Shown: positions 1 to 9,734, counted from the stretch's first letter. The stretch is DNA of 64,000 nt from Clostridiales bacterium (GCA_017561715.1 JAFZBN010000011.1:18294-82293), one strand, 5' to 3'. The notes: generated by a model not told the origin, from the sequence alone. Made by a program: numbers and translations.

Positions 1-214
1 CGCCCTTAAAGTCTCTGTCGAGGCCGCCGATCAGGTAAAGCAGTGTGGATTTACCGGATCCGCTGGCACCCATCAGTGAAACGAACTCGCCTCTTCTGAC
101 TTCAAGCTCCGCGCCGTCTAAGACCTGCGTGATGACGCCGCCCTTCTTACCAAATGTCTTTCTTACGTTATCTACCTTGATCATGATCTCGTTGTTGTCA
201 TATGCTGTGTTCAT
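1..214 (-). CDS. ABC transporter ATP-binding protein, N-terminal fragment (rest lies beyond the window start)
   Basis: Truncated, so absent from the ORF track. Reverse translation from the ATG at 214 gives [66 protein letters not shown], with Walker [10 protein letters not shown]. It lies directly downstream of the FtsX-type permease. Confidence 0.85.
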   Translation of the reverse strand, partial: MNTAYDNNEIMIKVDNVRKTFGKKGGVITQVLDGAELEVRRGEFVSLMGASGSGKSTLLYLIGGLDRDFKG

Positions 215-306
215 TTTGTACCTCTTTTCTATGCGGTCGATGCCGTCTTTATGTGTTTTCAGGTTGTATGCTTTATGTCGTATGAAAGTGCTTTTCGCAT
301 CGAGAA

Positions 307-2829
307 TTACTCATACTTGAGCTGCTCAGCGATCTTCATCTTACGGATGTGTTTGATCGGCATCAGGACTGTCGATACGAACAGAACGAAGAGTCCGAAG
401 ATGAAAGCCATTGTCGGGAGGAGATCGATCGAAAGACCGAAGTTCATCTCGATCATCTCAAGTGCCTTCTGGAAAAGACCTGCGACAACTGCCGCGAACG
501 GGATCGCAACTACCAGCGCGACGATACTTGAGATCAGGCTCTCTGTGAAGAATGCCTTCTTCAGCTTTCCTCTGCTCATCGCGGTGGAAACTAAGACCGC
601 ACATTCTCTTCTTCTTCCGGAGAAGCCGATGGTCTGGTTGCTGACGACGGCGACGAATGTCAGGATCACGCCCATGCCGATCAGCATATAAAGGAGTGTG
701 GACATTCCGGCGTTTTGGGCTTTCACTTCTTCCATATAATCATCCATCGTCAGAACGGAGTTGATCATGCAGCCCGAGCGCTCTTTGATCGTATCGACAA
801 CGCCCTTCGGATCTTCGCAGCGGAGATATGCGCTTGTCGGATGGTCTTCGAAGATCGCGTTATAGTTATCCAGGCTGACAACATATACAGCGGCACCTGC
901 GGCGAATTTGATCGAATCACAGTATCCTGCGAGCTTCATTGTTTTATTCAGAGCTTTTTCTCCGTTCGCGCCCATGATCATCGGGATCTCGTCGCCAACG
1001 CTGTAGCCGAGTTTCTTGGCGATGGACTTATCCATGTAGATCTCATCGTCACCGATCGTTTCCGGAAGGTCCTTGATCGCGTTGAAAAGCTTGAAATCGC
1101 CTTCTGTACCGACCAGGATCGCGGTGTGATAAAGATCTCTCATTTCCTTGCTGTTCGCGGTTTCAGCCGCCTTAAGGTCATCGTCACCGATAATGAACTT
1201 GGTGCCCCAGTTATAATTCATGAATTCAACTTCAGTGACTCCTTCGATGTCATTAAAGTATTCGAATGCTTTACCTTCTTCGGAAAGGCCTGTGACTACG
1301 ACATCTGCGTCAGCTTCCGGGCGGCTACAGAAATTCACGTACGAAGTGGACAGTACAAAGAGTACGAGTCCCATGGCAACTGCCATAACAAAGAGTCTGG
1401 AGATACCTACCGAAGCCTTCTTTGTTCTTGCCTGTACGCAGGCAAAAGCAGCTACCGGGCAGTCTTTTTTAATGAAGTGCTTTTCGAGGATCTTGCTGAT
1501 CCTTCTGAGGATAAAGGGATATCCGAGGAACAGCGCGGCGACAAGAAGCACGATGGTAAGAAATACAATGGCAAGACCTTCCATTGTCTTTGTCAGGACC
1601 ATTACGAGTCCTGCGATCCCGAGTACCGCGAACAGGATCGAAGTTGCGAGCGTCTTCTTTGTATATTTGTAGTCAGTATCCTTGTTGTCAAAGATCAGGT
1701 CGCGGATCGATGTTCTTGTAGCCTTAAGGAGTTCCTTGATCGGGCAGAGGCACTCGATAACGACTGCGCCGATGATGACTCCGATCCAGGCGATGACGGA
1801 AACATTTCCGAGATTCATTTCTAGTTCGATATCCGAACCGGAGTTAAGTGAAAATACGTTATTGAAGATCGGGTCTCTGGTAAGAACATAAAGTGTAGAG
1901 CCCAAAACACCACCGATCAGGCCGTAAAGCGCATTTTCGAAAAGAACGATCAGCGCGGTGGCATTCGGGGAAACACCCAGGCTTCGAAGGGTTCCGACCG
2001 TACCCATTCTCTCGACCATGATGCGCTCGGAAAGAGAGATCGTTACGAAGATAACGAGCATCAGGCAGATGAGGAAAAGGATCGCGAAGACGCTTGTGAC
2101 GGAATTTACATTCTGCTGCACCATCTCACCGTTGATGAGATCTTCTGTCTCGAGTCCCTGTGTGTTTTCTTCCATAGCCGTGCAGAATTTTCCGACATCG
2201 CCTCTGTCGTGTACACGAACATACGCGCCTACGAATTTGAAGTCTTCTCCGAAGAGTTCGCTAAAGCCTTCCAGCGGCATGACTACGTTATACTTTTCGG
2301 AAAGCATTCCCTTATAAGTAAGGATGGACTTTACCGTAAACGCATGTGCCTTTTCTTCTTCATCGAAAAACTCGATCGTGTCCCCTGTCGAAAGATCAAG
2401 CTCTTCCGCGAGAGTTTTCGGGATCGCGACTTCATCTTCTGCGAGATCGACATCCGCCACGACGAGATCCATCTCGTTAATAGCAGCGATATCCGCGGAA
2501 TAGATCAGGATGCTCTTTTCATTGAAGTAAGCGTATTTATCGTTTCCGGGAACATTGAATGTCGTTCTGTTTCCGGTAAACATTGTCTTGTCATGCGCCG
2601 GAAGGCCTTCGAAATCAGATTCTGCCAGACCGTTATTCGCGGATACGATCACGTTACTGTCACCGAACATGGAAAGGAACGCGGATTCCAGGACGTTTCT
2701 TACCGAGTTGCTCATATCGAATGTCATCATGCCGGCGAAGGAACAGATCAGGATGCAAAGTACCAGCATGATCGTTCGAAACGGCTTGGAAAACATATTC
2801 TTCAGTGTGTGTTTAAATATTACTCCCAT
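307..2829 (-). CDS. ABC transporter permease, MacB/FtsX-like, two FtsX modules (840 aa)
   Basis: Long ORF starting [31 protein letters not shown]. Two hydrophobic 4-TM blocks are separated by large soluble loops, and the C-terminus is typical of FtsX permeases. RBS AAAGGTGAG lies upstream. It is paired with the ATPase at 1..214. Confidence 0.85.
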   Translation of the reverse strand: MGVIFKHTLKNMFSKPFRTIMLVLCILICSFAGMMTFDMSNSVRNVLESAFLSMFGDSNVIVSANNGLAESDFEGLPAHDKTMFTGNRTTFNVPGNDKYAYFNEKSILIYSADIAAINEMDLVVADVDLAEDEVAIPKTLAEELDLSTGDTIEFFDEEEKAHAFTVKSILTYKGMLSEKYNVVMPLEGFSELFGEDFKFVGAYVRVHDRGDVGKFCTAMEENTQGLETEDLINGEMVQQNVNSVTSVFAILFLICLMLVIFVTISLSERIMVERMGTVGTLRSLGVSPNATALIVLFENALYGLIGGVLGSTLYVLTRDPIFNNVFSLNSGSDIELEMNLGNVSVIAWIGVIIGAVVIECLCPIKELLKATRTSIRDLIFDNKDTDYKYTKKTLATSILFAVLGIAGLVMVLTKTMEGLAIVFLTIVLLVAALFLGYPFILRRISKILEKHFIKKDCPVAAFACVQARTKKASVGISRLFVMAVAMGLVLFVLSTSYVNFCSRPEADADVVVTGLSEEGKAFEYFNDIEGVTEVEFMNYNWGTKFIIGDDDLKAAETANSKEMRDLYHTAILVGTEGDFKLFNAIKDLPETIGDDEIYMDKSIAKKLGYSVGDEIPMIMGANGEKALNKTMKLAGYCDSIKFAAGAAVYVVSLDNYNAIFEDHPTSAYLRCEDPKGVVDTIKERSGCMINSVLTMDDYMEEVKAQNAGMSTLLYMLIGMGVILTFVAVVSNQTIGFSGRRRECAVLVSTAMSRGKLKKAFFTESLISSIVALVVAIPFAAVVAGLFQKALEMIEMNFGLSIDLLPTMAFIFGLFVLFVSTVLMPIKHIRKMKIAEQLKYE

Positions 2830-3039
2830 TTTCTCACCTTTATTCTTCTTTTCTCTTTTGTCCCGGGGGCGATGACCTCACCGCCCCCTTTCTCTTAGCG
2901 GAAACTTTGATGTGTTTTTTCTCCTTTTTTAGACAAAGCTACCGCCAGCGCTGCTAAAATCGGCTTTTTCAGCGCACTTCATGTTTCTTTTTTTGTCTTT
3001 GGTTTTACTTAAAGCGGTCCCCTTTTTTCGGACCTTTAC

Positions 3040-3945
3040 TTATTTGTTGATGATATCGATCGAACCTGCTGACATATCCGCTGTGAGTACGATATCGTAG
3101 CCGTCTTTCATGGTGAACTCATCACCGCGCTTCTCACCGTTGATCGTTGCGGATCCGGCAGAGAGGTCGAAATCATAACCGATCTTCTGGCCTTCAACGA
3201 ACTCGATGTCAACGGAGCCCGCGGACATGTCGATATCAAAACTTGCTGTCAGAGTGAGTCCTTTTGCATCGAAATCTCCTGCGGACATATCCAGTTCGCC
3301 GCCGCCGATGGTGCAGTACAGAAGATCAACATCACCTGCGGAAAGATCGAATTCACACTTACCGAATTCGCACTTCTCGGCTTCAAAATCACCTGCGGAC
3401 ATATCTACTTCGAGCGCACCGTTTACGTGCTTGATCTTCGCGTCACCGGCAGATAGATCAAGTTTCAGAAGATCACAGTCAAAGCCTTCTTCGATGAGCA
3501 CGTCACCTGCGGAACTGTCGAGATCCACGGTTCCGAAGTCAGCTCCCTTCGGGTAGTAAACATATACATAGTAATCTTCAGAATCCCAGCTAAAGAAGCC
3601 TAAGTTGATATCGAACTTCTTCTTAGCTGTAGAGACCTTAAGTGTTCCGTCTTTCGACTCACAGGTGACTTCAATCGCACGGATCTTATATTCTACCGCG
3701 TATTCATCACTTTCGATAAACTTAATATCGGATGCAGGTACATCTACGATGATGTCCTTAAAATCGTCAACGACAGTCTTCGGCATTTCCTGTACTTTTC
3801 CTTCGGAATCAATCTTGAAACCGTGATCGTAATACATGTGGACCTGCTTACCTCTGTTGATGATCGCTCCTGTTAATGTCAGTGCAAGTCCGGATACAAG
3901 CGAAACACTTGCTACAATTAATGCTGCTTTTGTAAATGCTTTCAT
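3040..3945 (-). CDS. DUF4097-family protein (putative adhesin-like beta-helix), membrane anchored
   Basis: N-terminal hydrophobic anchor. Eight copies of the xSAG[DS] motif (DLSAGD, DMSAGD, DMSAGS) spaced about 20 aa apart. It is the third gene of the common PadR-DUF1700-DUF4097 cassette. Confidence 0.8.
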   Translation of the reverse strand: MKAFTKAALIVASVSLVSGLALTLTGAIINRGKQVHMYYDHGFKIDSEGKVQEMPKTVVDDFKDIIVDVPASDIKFIESDEYAVEYKIRAIEVTCESKDGTLKVSTAKKKFDINLGFFSWDSEDYYVYVYYPKGADFGTVDLDSSAGDVLIEEGFDCDLLKLDLSAGDAKIKHVNGALEVDMSAGDFEAEKCEFGKCEFDLSAGDVDLLYCTIGGGELDMSAGDFDAKGLTLTASFDIDMSAGSVDIEFVEGQKIGYDFDLSAGSATINGEKRGDEFTMKDGYDIVLTADMSAGSIDIINK

Positions 3946-3967
3946 TTTACTATTCTCCTTATCCCCA

Positions 3968-4753
3968 TTAAGCGCCAGCCTGAGCTGCTTTATTCTTTCT
4001 GTTTCTCTTGTGGACGATACGTCCGAGTCCCTTAGCCAGGCCGTGAGCCGTAATTCTGATCAGTGCGATGGAACCGATGATAAAGAAGATGCCAAGACCG
4101 AATACTGTCAGACCGGAACCCAAGACGCACATACCTGCGATCGGATTAATAAACAAAGCGATCAGTCCGAATACGAGAGTTCCAATCGCTGCCGCAAACA
4201 TTGCGATACCTGCGATCAGGAAGGAAATCAAAACTACGAACGCTACGAATACGAGTACGCTGACTACGATCAGAAGCGCGAAGATCACAGGAGAAAGCGG
4301 AAGCGCGAAGATCGCCGCGAGAACGATCAGAAGCGTCTTCAGTGCAGAAGGCTGATCATTCTTCTTCTCTTCTTTCTGAGCCTGGGGCTGAACCGGCGGA
4401 AGTGTTTCTGCCTGTGCTCCGTACGCGGCTCCTGCCGTGGCTGTAGCGCCTGCTGCTGCATTGGGGTCAAACCCTGATGCTGTCGGAGCCGGTACAACGG
4501 CCATTGCGTTCTGAGAGGAGTAATCTTCTTTTGTCGCTGCCATCGTCTCTTCGTACTTTCTGTCAACTACGTCAACGAGGATCTTCTTTGCAAGGATCTT
4601 CGGCTCACCTAATTCCTCGATCACTTTTGCTTCATTCTCGATGCCTGCTTCGTCGAAGTACTCCTCATAGAACTCGACGGCTTCGTCTCTGTCATATTGC
4701 GGCAGGATCTTCAGTCCTTTGCGAAGTTCCTGCAAATACGTTTCCTTATTCAT
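3968..4753 (-). CDS. DUF1700-family membrane protein
   Basis: N-terminus MNKETYLQELRKGLKILPQYDRDEAVEFYEEYFDEAG is the DUF1700 signature. The C-terminal half is polytopic and hydrophobic. Its start overlaps the padR stop as ATGA at 4750..4753. Confidence 0.75.
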   Translation of the reverse strand: MNKETYLQELRKGLKILPQYDRDEAVEFYEEYFDEAGIENEAKVIEELGEPKILAKKILVDVVDRKYEETMAATKEDYSSQNAMAVVPAPTASGFDPNAAAGATATAGAAYGAQAETLPPVQPQAQKEEKKNDQPSALKTLLIVLAAIFALPLSPVIFALLIVVSVLVFVAFVVLISFLIAGIAMFAAAIGTLVFGLIALFINPIAGMCVLGSGLTVFGLGIFFIIGSIALIRITAHGLAKGLGRIVHKRNRKNKAAQAGA

Positions 4754-5064
4754 TTTGTATCCCCTCCAAGTAATGAATCTACTGAATCTTTATATTTGTT
4801 CCACTCTTCTAAGTAGTACTTGTAAAGTTCCCTACCTCGATCTGTGATTCTGTAATATCGTCGGTTACGACCCTGATACGGTTCGTCGTAAGTCTCAAGT
4901 GCGAAATCTTTCTGTAGTCTGCGTAAGACCGGATACAGTGTCGACTCTGAAATATCCAGTACCGTCTTGACCTGCTGCGTAAGTGTATACCCGTACGCGT
5001 CACCTTTAGTCAGGACTGCCAGTACGCAAGCATCCAATAAAGTTGAACCCAATTGGAAAACCAT
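4750..5064 (-). CDS. PadR family transcriptional regulator
   Basis: 104-aa winged-helix protein with GDAYGYTLTQQVK...STLYPVLRRLQKDFALETY...GRNRRYYRITDRGRE, a textbook PadR core. Confidence 0.9.
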   Translation of the reverse strand: MVFQLGSTLLDACVLAVLTKGDAYGYTLTQQVKTVLDISESTLYPVLRRLQKDFALETYDEPYQGRNRRYYRITDRGRELYKYYLEEWNKYKDSVDSLLGGDTK

Positions 5065-5100
5065 ATACTATTTCTCCTTTCATATTGTATCGTTGGCTAT

Positions 5101-5129
5101 ATTATACGGCGTATAGTATTGTGTGTCAA
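5101..5129 (-). promoter_or_regulatory. Consensus sigma-A-type promoter of the padR operon (TTGACA, 17 nt, TATAAT)
   Basis: The minus strand reads TTGACAcacaatactatacgccgTATAAT. The -35 box is at 5124..5129 and the -10 box at 5101..5106, about 40 nt upstream of the padR ATG at 5064. Confidence 0.7.
5103..5115. promoter_or_regulatory. Perfect 13-bp palindrome TATACGgCGTATA inside the promoter spacer; candidate PadR operator
   Basis: Six-bp arms TATACG/CGTATA around one central base. It overlaps the -10 box and the spacer of the padR promoter. Assignment to PadR is inference. Confidence 0.45.
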
Positions 5130-5376
5130 CATATATTCGCACAGTTTTTTCAAATTTCGGTCAAATGGCTGCGGTTACTGGCTTTCGGCGTATTACATTA
5201 AGTGTCCGGCATGGTTTACGAGGCTGCTTTTGAAGTCTTTCCCGTCTTCTCCGCTCCGTTTTTCAACACCTTAAGTCTATACTTCTGCGCAGAAATATAC
5301 TTGAATTGTCCCTTATATATTCCTTAATTGTTTCTTAAATGCAGGGTGCTGATCTTGTTCCTGACGTCTTACTTCA

Positions 5377-5587
5377 TTTCCCGATTTTTTCCCGTTTGTC
5401 TTGCTTTTCGAGAACGATACAGGTATTTTTCAATTCAAATCGGTTGTCGACGCTTATTTTCTCGATTCTTTCCCGATATTATTGTTCAGCGAGAAAAAAA
5501 CAGGAAAACATCCACCATTACTGTCTACCGTCTCTCTTTTTCCCGATTTATTCTCGAAATCTCTCGTTATCAGGAAAATATCGGGAA
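5377..5587. repeat. Iterated motif TTTCCCGAT (three direct copies, one inverted, one variant) in a 637-bp non-coding region
   Basis: TTTCCCGAT occurs at 5377..5385, 5469..5477 and 5539..5547. The variant TTTCCCGTT is at 5388..5396 and the inverted ATCGGGAA at 5580..5587. A 7-bp-stem hairpin ATCAGGA/TCCTGAT lies at 5569..5599. Confidence 0.55.
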
Positions 5588-5701
5588 TAGAATCCTGATA
5601 GTTCACAGTATGTTTACCTAACTACTCATATAACCATATGCGAGTTTTTATCAGCACTTATATAATCCTCTTAACACACAGAAAATCACTCGGAGGCAAA
5701 T

Positions 5702-6454
5702 ATGAACACTTCTATCTCAAAGTACTTTTTGGCCATAAAGATCAATGCCTTTGAGCAATTCCTTCAAACGTCCCCTATCGTAAGAATCCATCACAAGCAT
5801 TATCACAACGAATTGTGCTCAGCCTATTCATTTACAGAGAGAAAAACCGGACAACGCCATCAATATCTGTCCACTTCGCAGAAAGGCCGCCAGTTAGAAC
5901 TCCTATACGGCCATCGAGAACTGATCAAATCAAAGCTTGCCCATTATCGCACTCTTTGGAACTCCAACTTCGTTCAACCGTGCCCTGAACTCAATCTCGA
6001 GAAAATCAAGAAGTCACGATTTTCCTTCATCGCCAAAGAAATGTTTGACAACCTTATCCCAAACTCAAACCCACGCCCTATCGAAAGACCAAATCCCTAT
6101 AACGGAACCATCTTCCGTTCTAAATCTGAAAGAGAGATTGCGGAACTATTGGACGAGATTGGAATTGACTATAAATACGAACCACTAATGCGTTTCAATG
6201 ATATTGATATGTACCCCGACTTTGTCTGCTACATTCCCGAAATCGGCGTCGGCTTTATCATTGAGCACTTCGGAATGATCGACAATGTCAATTATATCGA
6301 AACATCAATCAGAAAGTTTCGCACTTATACTTCACTCGGCTTGATTCCGGGAATTGACATCCTGTTTACCTACGAGAAAAACAACGCTCCGCCAACAGCA
6401 GCATACTTTCGCAACAGCATCAATTGCATTCTGGATAATATCTGCGCCCCTTGA
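5702..6454 (+). CDS. Hypothetical protein with a C-terminal restriction-endonuclease-like (Vsr/DUF559/TnsA-N-like) region; paralog of 56371..57129
   Basis: RBS GGAGG lies 5 nt upstream of the ATG. The C-terminal half, FRSKSEREIAELLDEIGIDYKYEP...YPDFVCYIPEIGVGFIIEHFG, follows the S-x-E ... (Y/h)xDF ... hhIExxG pattern of that nuclease fold. It aligns clearly with the second copy (FRSKSEVMIAQIINDLGLEYKYE...YADFAVY...FFFIEHFG). Confidence 0.55.
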   Translation: MNTSISKYFLAIKINAFEQFLQTSPIVRIHHKHYHNELCSAYSFTERKTGQRHQYLSTSQKGRQLELLYGHRELIKSKLAHYRTLWNSNFVQPCPELNLEKIKKSRFSFIAKEMFDNLIPNSNPRPIERPNPYNGTIFRSKSEREIAELLDEIGIDYKYEPLMRFNDIDMYPDFVCYIPEIGVGFIIEHFGMIDNVNYIETSIRKFRTYTSLGLIPGIDILFTYEKNNAPPTAAYFRNSINCILDNICAP

Positions 6455-6633
6455 TTTTTCACTCTAAAAACATAACTATCTTTTCTTATACTATCAGTAT
6501 CATACTTATATTCTTCTTCCTTATTGTCGAAAAGCACCTAATCTGCTACAATTTCCAAACGCACGACAATTCTGATCCGATAAATCAATGCGGATCACTA
6601 AATGATATAAGGACATAAAAAGAGGCAGAACTC

Positions 6634-8010
6634 GTGACACTGAAAGAAGATAAAAATCAATATAAGAAGCTTCTCATGATCGCCATCCCGATGATGATCC
6701 AGAACGGCATCTCTAATTTCGTCAACCTTCTGGACAATCTCATGATCGGTGATCTGGGTACAAACGCGATCTCCGGCGTGGCTATCGCCAACCAGCTGAT
6801 CTTCGTGTTCTATCTTCTCATCTTCGGCGCGACCGCCGGTGTGGGTATCTTTACTGCGCAGTATCACGGCAAGGGCGATACCGAGGGCATCCGCTACTCG
6901 TTCCGCTTTAAGATCATCCTCAATACGATCCTTTCGGCACTGAGCATCATCGCGTTTGTGATCGCCGCTCCTTTCCTGGTCGAACTGTTCCTCCACGGAG
7001 ACGGCGATCCGGCAGATGCTGCCGAGATCCTGGACATCGGCGTTGACTACATCCACGTCATGCTCGCTTCGCTTATCCCGATCGGACTGACACAGGCATA
7101 TGCCGGCACTCTGAAAGACCTCGGCAAGACCAAGGTTCCGATGGTCGCCTCCCTTTGCGCGATCGTCGTAAACCTCATCGGTAACTCGCTCTTGATCTAC
7201 GGAATGCTCGGGCTTCCTGCTCTCGGCACTGTCGGTGCCGCGATCGCGACCGTCATCTCCCGTTTTGTGGAGCTCGCGATCCTGGTGATCTATACAGCTA
7301 CACACGCAGACAAGTTCCCGTTCATCCGCGGCGCGTTTTCCAGCTTTAAAGTTCCTCGCGAACTTGCCCGTAAGTTTATCGTAAAAGCACTTCCGCTCAT
7401 GGGTAACGAGACTCTCTGGGCACTCGGCATGACCGTTATCAACCAGTGCTATTCCTATAGAAGCCTCGACGCGGTCGCCGCGATCAACATCGAATCCACC
7501 ATCTGGAACTTGATGGGCGTTTCGTTCATCGCGATGGGTGAAGCCGTCGGTATCGTTATGGGTCACATCCTCGGAAGCGGAGATCTTTCCGACGCGAAGA
7601 AAACGGCATATAAGATGCGTCGTTTCACCGTGCTCTGCGGTCTGGTGTTCGGTATCGTCATGGTTGGTATCGCTCCCTTCTTCCCGCTTCTATACGATAC
7701 GAGCAGTTATATCCGCCACCTGGCGACGGGCTTCATCATGATCGCCGGCGCGACGATGCCACTGTGTGCTTACTCGCACGCTTCCTACTTTATCTTACGA
7801 GCAGGCGGAAACGCGTTTGTCACCATGATCTTCGACGCTGTCTACACATGGGTGGTCGTCGTTTTGACCGCCTACGTTCTGAGCCGTTACACGACACTTA
7901 GCATCACCTGGATGGTCGCTATCGTCAGGTCGCTGGAATTCTTCAAAGCGACGATCGGCTTCTTCATGGTACGAAGCGGAATGTGGGTACGAAACATCGT
8001 CAACAACTGA
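6634..8010 (+). CDS. MATE family efflux transporter
   Basis: 458 aa and about 12 TM segments. The N-terminal YKKLLMIAIPMMIQNGISNFVNLLDNLMIGDLG is the typical MATE signature. GTG start with RBS AAAGAGG 8 nt upstream. Confidence 0.9.
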   Translation: MTLKEDKNQYKKLLMIAIPMMIQNGISNFVNLLDNLMIGDLGTNAISGVAIANQLIFVFYLLIFGATAGVGIFTAQYHGKGDTEGIRYSFRFKIILNTILSALSIIAFVIAAPFLVELFLHGDGDPADAAEILDIGVDYIHVMLASLIPIGLTQAYAGTLKDLGKTKVPMVASLCAIVVNLIGNSLLIYGMLGLPALGTVGAAIATVISRFVELAILVIYTATHADKFPFIRGAFSSFKVPRELARKFIVKALPLMGNETLWALGMTVINQCYSYRSLDAVAAINIESTIWNLMGVSFIAMGEAVGIVMGHILGSGDLSDAKKTAYKMRRFTVLCGLVFGIVMVGIAPFFPLLYDTSSYIRHLATGFIMIAGATMPLCAYSHASYFILRAGGNAFVTMIFDAVYTWVVVVLTAYVLSRYTTLSITWMVAIVRSLEFFKATIGFFMVRSGMWVRNIVNN

Positions 8011-8016
8011 CAAACA

Positions 8017-8060
8017 TAAAAGCCGAAGCACGGAAACCGTACTTCGGCTTTTTCTTTTTT
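8017..8060. terminator. Bidirectional intrinsic terminator between the convergent MATE and rsfS genes
   Basis: Stem AGCCGAAG (8021..8028) pairs with CTTCGGCT (8042..8049). It is flanked by an A-run upstream and TTTTTCTTTTTT downstream. Confidence 0.75.
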
Positions 8061-8080
8061 CATTGAACGCCTGTAAACAA

Positions 8081-8419
8081 TTACTCGGCAGGCTTCTTCA
8101 TCTCCCAGAGCTTTTCGAGGCTGTAGTTCTGACGTTCTTCCGGATGGAATACATGTACGACGACATCCTTATAGTCCAGAAGGATCCATCTTGCGGATTC
8201 ACGTCCTTCGATGTGGTCCGGTGTTACGTCATAGTCACGCTTGAGCATATACTCGACTTCGTCGGCAAGTGCCTTGATATGTGTCGAGGAAGTACCCGAG
8301 CAGATAACGAAATAGTCAGCCAGAACTGTCTTTTCGGAAACCGGGATCAACTCGATGTCTACGCCTTTTTTGTTCTCCAGAATCTCAACGATCTTATCAG
8401 CTAATTCTTTGATCTCCAT
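8081..8419 (-). CDS. rsfS: Ribosome silencing factor RsfS (iojap family)
   Basis: 112 aa with ...LADYFVICSGTSSTHIKALADEV...EGRESARWILLDYKDVVVHVFHPEERQNYSLEKLW. RBS GGAGGG upstream. Conserved position downstream of nadD/yqeK. Confidence 0.92.
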   Translation of the reverse strand: MEIKELADKIVEILENKKGVDIELIPVSEKTVLADYFVICSGTSSTHIKALADEVEYMLKRDYDVTPDHIEGRESARWILLDYKDVVVHVFHPEERQNYSLEKLWEMKKPAE

Positions 8420-8488
8420 CTACACCCTCCAAGGTTATTGATCTAATATCATTATACACATTAATTCTTGTTTGCAAGAACCACTTTC

Positions 8489-9709
8489 TTACTTACCGCG
8501 ATGCTCCAGAAGATACTTTAAAGACTTTTTCGTATCCTCATGGATCTCCTGACCTTTTTCCGCGAAACTCTCTCTGATCGCGCAGTAGCACTCGATCAGG
8601 GCACCGTCGAGATCGGTCTCCGCAAGTCTTCTGATCTCCGAAAGATCATCGAAATGACGCGACGGCTCGATCTTATCCGCCAGATAAACGATCTTGTCCG
8701 TGATCGTCATCACTTCTCTTCCGATCGTATGGAACTGGATCGCGTCAAGGACCTCCTGATCTTCAACACCATAGTGTTCCTTTGCATAGACGGCACCGGC
8801 CGGCGAATGCAGGATCTGCTTTCCCGGGATATATCCGTGAATGATCTTTGCGGAAAGCTCGATCTGCTGCTTCTCGGGAAGTTCCTTGGCACAGTCGTGA
8901 AGAAGTCCCGCGAGCGCACACTTATCCGGATCCGCGCCGAATCGCATCGCATAACGAGTCGATACGACGCAAACGTTCATGCTGTGAAGAAGCCTCTTTC
9001 CGCTCATCTCATGGAAAAGCGTAAAGCAGTGCTGCATCAAGGTCTTATACATATCATCGGAAACATTCATCAAAGGAGAATCTTCCGAATAAAGATCGTG
9101 GTCTTCTATGAATTCTTTGACTACATCGCACACATCGCCGAAATCCCCGTCACGACGGATCTTGCTGGACGCGACCTCGATCCCGTCGATCTTAAAGAAC
9201 TTGACCTTCTTTCCGAATACTTCTTCAAGATGCGCCGCCTGATTTCTGGCCTGGCCCTCGTCGATACCGGGACGCAGCGCGCAAAGGAGCGTCGCGTACT
9301 CTAAGATCTCATCCGGATGATACCAGGATTCATACTCGAAAAGGATATCCGAACCGCACATCAGGAACAGCTCGTCCTTATCGGAAACGACCTTCTGCTC
9401 GCGAAGATTCTTGAGCGTATCCACCGTGTAGCTGGGCTTTCCGAAGACCTGCTCGATATCACAGACTTCGCATTTCGGCTCGTCCTTAAGGGCGGCCTTG
9501 ACCATATAGTAACGATAAGGAGAAAGCGTGACTTTGCGCGATGGCTTAAAGCAAGGCATACCTGTCGGGATGACGATCACGCGGTCGACCTTCTTACTTG
9601 CGATCGCGCCGCGGATCATAGACAGATGTCCGTTATGGAACGGGTCGAATGCCCCGCCGTAAATACCTATCTTCAAACCGTTTTCTCCTCTCTTTTCCGG
9701 TTTAATCAT
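8489..9709 (-). CDS. nadD: Nicotinate-nucleotide adenylyltransferase (NadD) fused to a YqeK-type HD phosphohydrolase
   Basis: The N-terminal GIYGGAFDPFHNGHL is the NadD (H/T)xGH motif. The C-terminal half, HSMNVCVVSTRYAMRFGADPDKCALAGLLHDCAKE, is the YqeK HD domain. The likely true start is the TTG at 9676 (LKIGIYGG), preceded by GAGAGGAG; the track start at 9709 lacks a good RBS. Confidence 0.85.
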   Translation of the reverse strand: MIKPEKRGENGLKIGIYGGAFDPFHNGHLSMIRGAIASKKVDRVIVIPTGMPCFKPSRKVTLSPYRYYMVKAALKDEPKCEVCDIEQVFGKPSYTVDTLKNLREQKVVSDKDELFLMCGSDILFEYESWYHPDEILEYATLLCALRPGIDEGQARNQAAHLEEVFGKKVKFFKIDGIEVASSKIRRDGDFGDVCDVVKEFIEDHDLYSEDSPLMNVSDDMYKTLMQHCFTLFHEMSGKRLLHSMNVCVVSTRYAMRFGADPDKCALAGLLHDCAKELPEKQQIELSAKIIHGYIPGKQILHSPAGAVYAKEHYGVEDQEVLDAIQFHTIGREVMTITDKIVYLADKIEPSRHFDDLSEIRRLAETDLDGALIECYCAIRESFAEKGQEIHEDTKKSLKYLLEHRGK

Positions 9710-9734
9710 TCCTATCGAAAAGCACTATTCTCGA

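Noticed and set aside
2865-2888. The GC-rich hairpin GGGGGCG-10 nt-CGCCCCC as a terminator between the DUF4097 and permease genes.
   Set aside because: On the transcribed (minus) strand it is not followed by a U-tract. The T-run is on the plus strand, where no gene ends. It is kept only as a possible structure, not called a terminator.
5053-5621. Small ORFs in the 5.1-5.7 kb region (5053..5274, 5328..5621, 5339..5590, 5401..5598).
   Set aside because: They are mutually overlapping, lack RBS, use non-ATG starts, and have Phe/Ser/Leu/Arg-rich products driven by T-richness. The region is treated as non-coding.
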